DNA from: Methanocella sp.
GTDB taxonomy: Archaea; Thermoproteota; Bathyarchaeia; Bathyarchaeales; Bathycorpusculaceae
Length of the DNA: 23,864 bases
Assembly (NCBI GenBank): GCA_050261115.1
Contig: JBLNCY010000054.1
Span: 1-23,864 of the forward strand
Reading direction: 5' to 3'
Below the pieces are notes generated by a model, which did not search any database, was not told the origin of the DNA, and worked only from the letters and a program-made list of their open reading frames with translations. Positions 1 to 6,907 of the stretch are shown in pieces. The translations under genes and the position numbers were made by a program. Within the stretch, counting starts at the first letter, position 1. Each line of letters begins with the position of its first letter.

Positions 1-671
1 GTGATCACGCGGCCATTATGCATAATATGGGGTTTTGTCGTTGCTAGTTGAGGTTGATGGCTGCGGATAATCCTCTTTACCTCCAAGTGTTGGCATATGG
101 CTGCTGAAACGTCAGAGCCGAATGCTACTCCTGCGCCGCGGCTATAGTTGAGGTCTTCGCCTTGACCTTCAAAGGGGTCTGACCAAAGCAGATCCATTTG
201 CAAATCCTCTGAGGGCGACTCCAAAGCTGCGGCATCAGTGAGTTTGCTTGAGACGCCGCCGTGGACTAGCAGGGCATTGTTGGGAATTAGACAGCACAAG
301 GGCAGGCTCTCAATGAAGGGTTTGAGTTCTTCTGAAAAATAGGTGCCCCAGTTTCCCAGCTTAGTTGTTGCTTCTTGGATTAGGGTGCAGGGGCTAAAGT
401 TGGGGTTGCCAGTGTCGCTGTAATCTTCATGGTTGCCCATGAGTGCCACGATGCTGTCTGGGTGATGTTTGCGTATTTGGGTCACATTTCTGATTACTTC
501 TATGCCGTCTGAGCCCCGGTCAGCGTAGTCACCCAAGAAGACCAATAGGTCAGCGTCTAAATCCACGATTTTAAGTAGCGCCTGTAATGTTTGGTAGTCG
601 CCGTGCAAGTCGCCGACTATACCGATTTTGCCATACTTTTGCGGCTCTACCCTTATCAAGCTCGATTTCAA
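1..671 (-). CDS. PPP-family serine/threonine protein phosphatase (metallophosphoesterase), partial; runs off the left edge
   Basis: Not in the ORF track. Manual translation from TTG at 671 gives MKSSLIRVEPQKYGKIGIVGDLHGDY...FLGDYADRG...LMGNHED...LVHGG...DLLWSDP...RGAGVAFG...IIRSHQ, i.e. the GDxHG, GDxxDRG, GNHE, HGG and WSDP motifs of PPP phosphatases. Confidence 0.92.
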   Translation of the reverse strand, partial: MKSSLIRVEPQKYGKIGIVGDLHGDYQTLQALLKIVDLDADLLVFLGDYADRGSDGIEVIRNVTQIRKHHPDSIVALMGNHEDYSDTGNPNFSPCTLIQEATTKLGNWGTYFSEELKPFIESLPLCCLIPNNALLVHGGVSSKLTDAAALESPSEDLQMDLLWSDPFEGQGEDLNYSRGAGVAFGSDVSAAICQHLEVKRIIRSHQPQLATTKPHIMHNGRVI

Positions 672-782
672 CGTTGCTACGCCAGTTTAACTATAGCCTG
701 AATGCCCTCTAAATTTTTGTTGGTGAATCTTTGTTTGCAAGCATTTGCGTCGCGGAGTGTTGATGGCGGCGCCTGTTACTTT

Positions 783-835
783 TTGTTGACCTGCCCTTCG
801 CTTATATATAGGGCCAACCAACCCACGCTTGAACT
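783..835 (+). repeat. Degenerate copy of the dispersed intergenic repeat
   Basis: CCCTTCGCTTATATATAGGGCCAACCAACC resembles the core CCCCTCCCTTATATATAGA..CAAC of the copies at 8781 and 23699. Downstream CAACCCACGCTTGAA resembles CAACCTGCACTTGAA after the 8781 copy. Confidence 0.55.
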
Positions 836-1049
836 AAGGTGTCAGTTACGGTCGATACTGGTCTTTTGCGAGCTTGAGCTAGCCTGTTTGGGGTGTCATT
901 GTGTGTTTCATGGTTGGTTTGGGTAAGGTTTTTTTATAAGCCGCGTTTAGCTTAGTTTTGGCGCTGACAGGTATGTTAGCCAATATTTATAAAAGGCAAA
1001 AACGCCAACTTTGGTAGTAATTAGCGGTTTTATTGAATAGTGATTGTTT

Positions 1050-2300
1050 ATGGAGAGTGTCCTTTCGGAACGCGCAGAGAACCTGATTCACAGGCAGGCT
1101 TTCGAGGGTTTTGTGCGTCCAGACTATGATGGATTTAACTTGAAGAATGTTTTGCCTCAAATTGCATCCGTCTTTGGCATTGCAGCACCCAGATGCTCGA
1201 CTCTTCCCAACGGTTGCCTACCCGAATCCCGCGGCATCAAAAGGGTTGTGCTTGTAATCTTTGATGGTTTAAGCTACAATCGTCTCCTAACCCACATAAG
1301 CCGCCATAAGGGCGCATTTGCAGAATCCACCGAAAAGGGCCGCCTAACGCCAATCACTACAGTATTTCCTTCCACAACCGCTACGGCCTTAACCAGTCTC
1401 TTTAGCGGTCTATCTCCCGCTCAGCACCAGATTATAGGCTACCACATGTTCTCAAAAAAGTACGGGTTAATCCACAACACTCTTGACATGAAACCCATCT
1501 ATGGATACAGCAGCAGAGTGGATCTCGCCAAAGAATACACGCAGCGGATACCGCTGCTAGCGCCTGTTTTTGAGTCAAGAGGCATAAGCGTCCAAATCAT
1601 AACAAAAGGTAACATAATCGGAAGCGGCCTATCCCAGATAACCCACCGTGACCTCAATCCTATACCTTACATTTTAGGCTCAGACATGTGGGTTCACACA
1701 GTCAAAGCACTAACAGAAACTGAACATTGCTTATCGATAGTTTACTACAGTGGCGTCGACAGCCTTGCACACCAATACGGCGCCTACTCCCCCGAGGTAA
1801 GCTTCGAATTAGCCTCCATCGACCACAACCTGGAACTTTTTATCGACAGCCTTAGCCAAAGGGTAAAAGAGGAAACGCTACTTGTCTGCGTTGCTGATCA
1901 CGGCATAGCGGATGCTAACGAAGCGGTGTACCTCAACGACTGCCCCCAAATCGTGCAGCATTTGCTGTTGCCGCCAGTTGGGGATGGCAGAGCAAGTTAC
2001 CTCTTCTGCAAACCAAGCCACGAGGATAGCTTCCGAGCTGCCTTTGAAGACGCAGTTTCAGGGTTTAGGCTGTTTTCTTCTGATGATTTGGTTAAGCTGG
2101 GGGTGTTTGGGGAGCCGATAAATCGTGAGGAACTAAAGGAGAAAGTGGGTTCCTTCACTGTCCTTAGCAGTAGTCGGAGGATTTTGGATTATCCATTTTT
2201 TGAGGAGGACAGACAGCGCCTTTCGTGTGGTGCACATGGCGGGCTGACTGCTGAGGAGATGGTTATCCCACTGCTATCTGTTAGACTCTCAGACCTATAG
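1050..2300 (+). CDS. Alkaline phosphatase superfamily protein (type I phosphodiesterase/nucleotide pyrophosphatase-like)
   Basis: Motifs LVIFDGL, TTVFPSTTATALTSLFSG (Thr nucleophile region), DSLAHQYG, ADHG and HGG. ATG at 1050 preferred over TTG at 1044. Confidence 0.88.
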   Translation: MESVLSERAENLIHRQAFEGFVRPDYDGFNLKNVLPQIASVFGIAAPRCSTLPNGCLPESRGIKRVVLVIFDGLSYNRLLTHISRHKGAFAESTEKGRLTPITTVFPSTTATALTSLFSGLSPAQHQIIGYHMFSKKYGLIHNTLDMKPIYGYSSRVDLAKEYTQRIPLLAPVFESRGISVQIITKGNIIGSGLSQITHRDLNPIPYILGSDMWVHTVKALTETEHCLSIVYYSGVDSLAHQYGAYSPEVSFELASIDHNLELFIDSLSQRVKEETLLVCVADHGIADANEAVYLNDCPQIVQHLLLPPVGDGRASYLFCKPSHEDSFRAAFEDAVSGFRLFSSDDLVKLGVFGEPINREELKEKVGSFTVLSSSRRILDYPFFEEDRQRLSCGAHGGLTAEEMVIPLLSVRLSDL

Positions 2301-2395
2301 CGCAACCGCCTCCCGCGCTGATTCGCGTTACCAGAAAAAACTAGTGTGCTCTGCCCTAACACATATTAGCGGTAACGCTTTTTCTGTCTACGATA

Positions 2396-2821
2396 TTGGT
2401 GTACGAAGTCATCATCTTCATCATCGTAGCCATCGTTTTTGAGAACGAAGGCGGCAACCTCTATGGCGTAGCAGTTGGCTTCGACCCCCTCTTAGTCTTT
2501 GTCTGCACCTTAACCATCAACCTCTTGTTAGTGTTTGCCGCTTCTGTCTTGATTGATCGTCTGATGAATTGGCGAAAGGGCCTTAGAGGCTGGATTGAGC
2601 GCCGTACCGCACGAGGCCAACGACTGATTAACAAGTATGCGTGGCTGGGTATCTTGGCGGGTACCTTTGTGCTTTCACCCATGCAGACCGCCATTCTTGG
2701 TCGCTTACTATTGATTGACCCACGCAAGTTCTACCCACCGCTACTCCTTGGTACTGTACTGGGCTGTTTTGTGTCGATGGGTATTGCACTTGGGATTTTT
2801 AAGCTGCTCTTAGGCTGGTAA
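2396..2821 (+). CDS. Small integral membrane protein (small multidrug export/DedA-like)
   Basis: 141 aa with three or four hydrophobic segments and an INKYAWLGIL...LSP pattern. The family call is from resemblance only. Confidence 0.6.
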   Translation: MVYEVIIFIIVAIVFENEGGNLYGVAVGFDPLLVFVCTLTINLLLVFAASVLIDRLMNWRKGLRGWIERRTARGQRLINKYAWLGILAGTFVLSPMQTAILGRLLLIDPRKFYPPLLLGTVLGCFVSMGIALGIFKLLLGW

Positions 2822-2827
2822 AAAGGG

Positions 2828-3229
2828 TTATCTAGTTACTATCACTGGGCACGGCGCTTTTTCCACGACTCCGTGGCTTATGCTTCCCAGCAGTAACTCT
2901 TCAAACTTGCTTAAGCCTCTTGCACCCACTACGATGAGATCAAAGTTTCCATCTTTGGCTGTCTTTACGATTTGGTCAACTACATTGCCCTCTAAAAGCA
3001 GGGTGTTTACGGCCACGCCTTCAGATTGAACTATTCTTTTGCCTTCGTTTAGAATTATGCTATTGGTTGCTTCGTTTGCGGCTGCTTGCGGCGACAGCTT
3101 TGAGCGGTGAGACTGCACGTTTAGTAGGGTTATAGTTCCTTCAGTCATCTTGGCGATACGAATGGCTTCCAATAGAGCACGTCTGGAATGCTCTGAACCG
3201 TCGATGGGTACCAACAATTTCTGATACAC
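2828..3229 (-). CDS. Universal stress protein (UspA family)
   Basis: N-terminal YQKLLVPIDGSEHSRRAL and C-terminal DLIVVGARGLSKFEELLLGSISHGVVEKAPCPVIV, including the ATP-binding G-2x-G-9x-GS motif. Confidence 0.95.
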   Translation of the reverse strand: MYQKLLVPIDGSEHSRRALLEAIRIAKMTEGTITLLNVQSHRSKLSPQAAANEATNSIILNEGKRIVQSEGVAVNTLLLEGNVVDQIVKTAKDGNFDLIVVGARGLSKFEELLLGSISHGVVEKAPCPVIVTR

Positions 3230-3398
3230 TAGAGCACCGACTTGTTACTCGGCGGTTAAAGTTTATAATTTTTTCTATGTACCTTAAAAATATCAGCGCT
3301 TGTTTTATTTTTTATGCGCACTATAGCCTCCGAACCTCAACTGAACGAAAGCTGAAGCGTAAATAGAAAATGAGCCAAAACCAAATGCTCGTAAAAGT

Positions 3399-3476
3399 TG
3401 GCGGGCCCGACGGGAGTTGAACCCGCGACCTAAGGATTAAGAGTCCTCCGCTCTAGCCTGACTGAGCCACGGGCCC
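3399..3476 (-). tRNA. tRNA-Lys(CTT), intronless, with genomically encoded CCA
   Basis: Minus strand reads GGGCCCG TG GCTC AGTCAGGCTA GAGC G GAGGA CTCTTAA TCCTT AGGTC GCGGG TTCAACT CCCGT CGGGCCC G CCA. This gives a 7-bp acceptor stem, anticodon CTT, a T-loop and discriminator G. Confidence 0.97.
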
Positions 3477-3489
3477 ACAAATCTGCGCT

Positions 3490-3498
3490 TTTTTAAAT
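3490..3498 (-). promoter_or_regulatory. TATA-like box upstream of tRNA-Lys
   Basis: ATTTAAAAA on the minus strand about 15-22 nt upstream of the mature 5' end. Confidence 0.5.
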
Positions 3499-3671
3499 GG
3501 TTTCATTGCCAAATATAGAGCTTGCGGTGCAATCCGTAAAAACCAAAATAATTTCCCTAGCTAACACTTCATTCACACCATTAAGAATTGCCAGTTAGAA
3601 AAGCATTCATGACTCATAATATAGCGCAAACAATTTTTATTATCCTCTGCACTATTTTAGTTGATGATTTT

Positions 3672-4214
3672 ATGAAGAAAATCCTTATTCTATTAGAAAA
3701 TGGCGTCGAGGATTCAGAATTTATCTATCCCTACTACCGTTTCCAAGAAGAAGGATATCAAATGGTAATCGTCGCGCCTAAAGCGAAGTCAGAGTATACC
3801 GGCAAACGAGGGGGGACATTCATTTCGGACTGCTCCCCCAAAGATGTCAACGTCGACGAGTATGATGCGGTAATAGTTCCGGGGGGTCAAGCGCCAGATC
3901 GCATGCGAATACGTCCCGACTTGGTGGCGTTAGTAAAGGAGGCAAACGGAGGAGGGAAAGTGATCGCCGCGGTTTGTCATGGGCCTCAATTGTTAATAGA
4001 AGCTGATATCGTTAGAGGCAAAACAGTCACAGCGTGGCCGTCTGTTAGAACCGATTTGAGGAATGCAGGCGCAACCGTCATGGATAAAGCCGCAGTGGTT
4101 GACGGCAACCTTGTTACCTCGCGTTCGCCCAGCGACTTGCCGGATTTCTGCCGAGCCACAATCCAACTCTTAGATTCTAGAAACGCAAGAGATGCGCTGA
4201 TCCCAGACAACTAA
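3672..4214 (+). CDS. pfpI: PfpI/DJ-1 family protein (type 1 glutamine amidotransferase-like; protease/deglycase)
   Basis: MKKILILLENGVEDSEFIYPYYRFQEEG, IVPGG, AAVCHGP (Cys nucleophile), VVDGNLVTSRSPSDLPDF. Likely start is ATG 3672 rather than 3588. Confidence 0.92.
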   Translation: MKKILILLENGVEDSEFIYPYYRFQEEGYQMVIVAPKAKSEYTGKRGGTFISDCSPKDVNVDEYDAVIVPGGQAPDRMRIRPDLVALVKEANGGGKVIAAVCHGPQLLIEADIVRGKTVTAWPSVRTDLRNAGATVMDKAAVVDGNLVTSRSPSDLPDFCRATIQLLDSRNARDALIPDN

Positions 4215-4264
4215 AAAAGCCTACTACAAAACATATTTTACAGATCCCAACTAACGTTTAATAG

Positions 4265-4519
4265 GTGTTTTTTGTGCAACGAGATGAAGCGGTAGAGATT
4301 TTAGAGGAGATAATCGAAAGCTGTACTGATATTGACGGTCAGTATTTAGCGATTAAGCGTCCTGATCCTTCCAGTAAGTTATCGGTGGGCTATCAAGTGT
4401 ATGTTAAGGCCAATCTTAGCGGCGCACAAAGGAAATGCTTTGAAGATTTATTGAATCAGCATGGGCTGGCGTGGCATGAGACCGAGGGCGAGACGATAAT
4501 CTATCGCCGAACAAAATAG
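4265..4519 (+). CDS. Small hypothetical protein
   Basis: 84-aa ORF with globular protein-like composition that fills the gap downstream of pfpI. Start may be GTG 4274. Confidence 0.7.
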   Translation: MFFVQRDEAVEILEEIIESCTDIDGQYLAIKRPDPSSKLSVGYQVYVKANLSGAQRKCFEDLLNQHGLAWHETEGETIIYRRTK

Positions 4520-4536
4520 CCCCAAATCAGGTCACT

Positions 4537-4623
4537 ATTGGTTGAGGTAGCGGCTAAGTTTAGGCTGCGGTTCTATCCCTGAAAACCCGTGGGCGGATCC
4601 CTGAGTCTGACTCCTCAACCAAT
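4537..4623. other. 87-nt element closed by a perfect 11-bp inverted repeat (possible structured RNA)
   Basis: ATTGGTTGAGG (4537-4547) and CCTCAACCAAT (4613-4623). Internal direct repeat ATCCCTGA at 4575 and 4597. Confidence 0.5.
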
Positions 4624-4665
4624 CGCAATCATAACCCGCTGATTGCAACTATTGCCCTTTTATGG

Positions 4666-4797
4666 TTAGGGGCTAGGTGGTTGTGGTTCAGGGTTTGGCT
4701 GCGGTTCCGGGTTAGGTTCGGGTTCAGGCTCAGGATTAGGCGGCGGATAGGGCGAAGGCTCCTCAATACACATAAACATATTAATCCACATATCCAT
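4666..4797 (-). CDS. 43-aa proline-rich microprotein
   Basis: Translates as MDMWINMFMCIEEPSPYPPPNPEPEPEPNPEPQPNPEPQPPSP*. Pro codons vary (CCT/CCC/CCG/CCA) while Pro-Xaa periodicity is kept. TTTAAG TATA-like box at 4813-4818. Start could be any of four ATGs. Confidence 0.6.
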   Translation of the reverse strand: MDMWINMFMCIEEPSPYPPPNPEPEPEPNPEPQPNPEPQPPSP

Positions 4798-4875
4798 GCA
4801 TGCGTGTTTGTTCTTAAACGGATGTGGCTGCTAGTTGTTGCCACAACGACCCATGACAGAAGCTGCCTTTTAGGC

Positions 4876-5745
4876 TCAAGAGTTCAGCAGCTTCTTTAAG
4901 CGAGCAACAAGCTCCTCCCGGTCACCCGGCTGAGAATTCCAAAGCGCCCGGTAATCCCTGAACTGTTCCCCGCCGATTTTGCCCTGCTTCTGGAGTTCAC
5001 CAAGCAGCCTCATGAACGCCTGCAGTTCAAGCTGTTCATTAGAAACGGCCATACCAATTTTACGGTCGCTTGAAGCGTTTACGCCGACCCGTTCGCTGTC
5101 AGGGGGCGGATAGGTTTGGTAGAGAAAACGCGCAAAATAGGTTGCGTCCCACTCCTTGGTTACTGGTAAACTGTTTTTAACTGCTAAAAGCAGGTTTGTG
5201 TAGTGTTCGTATTCTTGTCCCAGCGAGAAATACTTTGTTTGCCCACTGAAGGACTCTACAACCTGACTTGCGAAGTGCCGTAAATGCTGGTTACTAAAAA
5301 TCGGCAACGCAACACCGCGGTCATAGTTAAAGCAGAAAATAATTTGCTTTGCCAAATGCTTATCCTGCCCCAAGCCGCCTATACGTTCCCAGGGGGCATC
5401 AATTTTTTCAGCCAGCGACTTACGCTCATCCACCGTGATACGCAGGAGGTTTTTGAATTCTTTGATTTGCAGTCGGGCGTTTCGGTAGACGTTGCTGCCT
5501 GCCATGGTTGTGTAGCCTAGCGGTTTGAGGAAGTCTTCGATTAGTCGGAAGAATTCGCCTACCTCGTCAGGATTCACCTTGAAGAGACGATCGGGATCTA
5601 GCCACTCGATTTCTCGAAGGTTCTCCGTAAAAGGGAACTTTAGCCTGAGAGTCTTGAGCACAGAGAGCGCCCGGTTAACTTCGGCACGTGTTACCCCGAC
5701 CTTGTCGAAGGCGTCTATTTTCTCGATCACTGAGCTTTTGAACAT
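4876..5745 (-). CDS. Hypothetical protein, possibly nucleic-acid binding
   Basis: About 289-aa open frame with normal composition; no family recognised with certainty. Confidence 0.8.
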   Translation of the reverse strand: MFKSSVIEKIDAFDKVGVTRAEVNRALSVLKTLRLKFPFTENLREIEWLDPDRLFKVNPDEVGEFFRLIEDFLKPLGYTTMAGSNVYRNARLQIKEFKNLLRITVDERKSLAEKIDAPWERIGGLGQDKHLAKQIIFCFNYDRGVALPIFSNQHLRHFASQVVESFSGQTKYFSLGQEYEHYTNLLLAVKNSLPVTKEWDATYFARFLYQTYPPPDSERVGVNASSDRKIGMAVSNEQLELQAFMRLLGELQKQGKIGGEQFRDYRALWNSQPGDREELVARLKKLLNS

Positions 5746-5880
5746 CAAACCAAAACCTTCCGCAATTAGACATGCCCATCAACTTTAAACCTTATCCAGG
5801 CATCACCCGCAAATTCAGGAGTACAGCGACGGAGTAGCTGTTTATAAATGCCCACTATAGATTATCACAGGGCTGCATGC

Positions 5881-6288
5881 ATGAAGAAGCTATTCATTTC
5901 CGGACCTATCCTCGGCATGGAAAAGCAGCAAGACTACCGCCAAACAATAACCGCAATAGCAAACAAACTCGACTTAGAAATTATTGACCCCTGGAAGCGA
6001 GAACGAGTCCTCTACAATGGCACAGAGGAATGCTGGTGGGATAAGGTGCCAACGTTTGAATTTATTCAACGCGACCTTGACGACGCAGATAGATGCAACA
6101 TCATGGTCGTTTACTTGCCAATTATATCCGCGGGAGCCTGCATGGAAATGTTTTACGCTAAACGCAAAGGCAAACACATAATCGTGGTTTCACCAAACAA
6201 GTGCCTAAGCCCATGGATAGTCTACCACAGCGACATAATCATCCAAAGCTTTGACGAGTTAGAAGAGGCACTCAATAAATTCCTCTAA
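5881..6288 (+). CDS. Nucleoside 2-deoxyribosyltransferase-like / nucleotide N-hydrolase family protein
   Basis: KLFISGPI, IIDPW, FIQRDLDDADRCNIMVV and SAGACMEMFYA (catalytic Glu pattern S-x-G-x3-E). Start ATG 5881, with TTTATAAA at 5841-5848. Confidence 0.8.
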   Translation: MKKLFISGPILGMEKQQDYRQTITAIANKLDLEIIDPWKRERVLYNGTEECWWDKVPTFEFIQRDLDDADRCNIMVVYLPIISAGACMEMFYAKRKGKHIIVVSPNKCLSPWIVYHSDIIIQSFDELEEALNKFL

Positions 6289-6346
6289 CTGGCCAAAAAA
6301 GCCTATATCACCCAAACACCACCATTGACTCCCAATGGTGTAGCCA

Positions 6347-6907
6347 GTGGACGCCTTAACAATCATCCTAATCGCTTTCGGCCTAGCGATGGATGCGTTC
6401 GCGGTGTCCATAGCCAGCGGCATGACCATCACCCAAAACCGTAAAAAGGCAGGCTTGTTAACGGCAGCTTTTTTCGGAGGCTTCCAGATGCTTATGCCCA
6501 TAGCCGGTTGGGCAATCGGTTTAACACTTGCAGGCGTCATCTCCGCGTTCGATCACTGGATAGCTTTTGGCCTCCTGGCATTTATCGGCGCAAAAATGAT
6601 CTATGAAGGCACTAAAAAAGAAGAAGACCAAAAAATTCCAAGAGAACTCCAACTGCAGTCTCTGCTGATCCTCTCGGTTGCAACTAGCATCGACGCATTA
6701 ATGGTTGGCTTAAGCTTCGCGTTTCTCCAAACCTCCATTCTGCTGCCGATTGCAATAATCGGCGCTATAACGTTTGGGTTATCGCTTGTGGGTTTCTATT
6801 TCGGCTGTGGACTCGGTAAAGTCTTTGGGCACCGCATAGAAATTGCCGGCGGTATAGTTTTAATTGTTATTGGTCTTCGGATTTTGCTTGAGCACCTGCC
6901 CGCTTAG
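6347..6907 (+). CDS. mntP: Manganese efflux pump MntP
   Basis: GLAMDAFAVSIASG, FGGFQMLMP, DHWIAFGLL, ATSIDALMVG and EIAGGIVLIVIG are MntP (DUF204) signatures. Confidence 0.94.
   Translation: MDALTIILIAFGLAMDAFAVSIASGMTITQNRKKAGLLTAAFFGGFQMLMPIAGWAIGLTLAGVISAFDHWIAFGLLAFIGAKMIYEGTKKEEDQKIPRELQLQSLLILSVATSIDALMVGLSFAFLQTSILLPIAIIGAITFGLSLVGFYFGCGLGKVFGHRIEIAGGIVLIVIGLRILLEHLPA

Noticed and set aside
702-926. 74-aa ORF
   Set aside because: Cys/Leu-rich with no motif, and it runs through the dispersed repeat and divergent promoter region; probably non-coding.
3399-3476. tRNA-Lys as an integration site for a genomic island
   Set aside because: No duplicate of the tRNA 3' end and no integrase seen in the window.
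4629-4899. Track ORFs 4629-4844 (-) and 4681-4899 (+)
   Set aside because: Their Arg- or Leu/Asn-periodic sequences are alternative frames of the Pro-Xaa repeat at 4666-4797.
5824-5842. GGAGTAGC resembling part of a yybP-ykoY Mn riboswitch upstream of the mntP-containing unit
   Set aside because: It lies upstream of the TATA box (5841-5848), so is probably not transcribed, and the rest of the consensus is absent.
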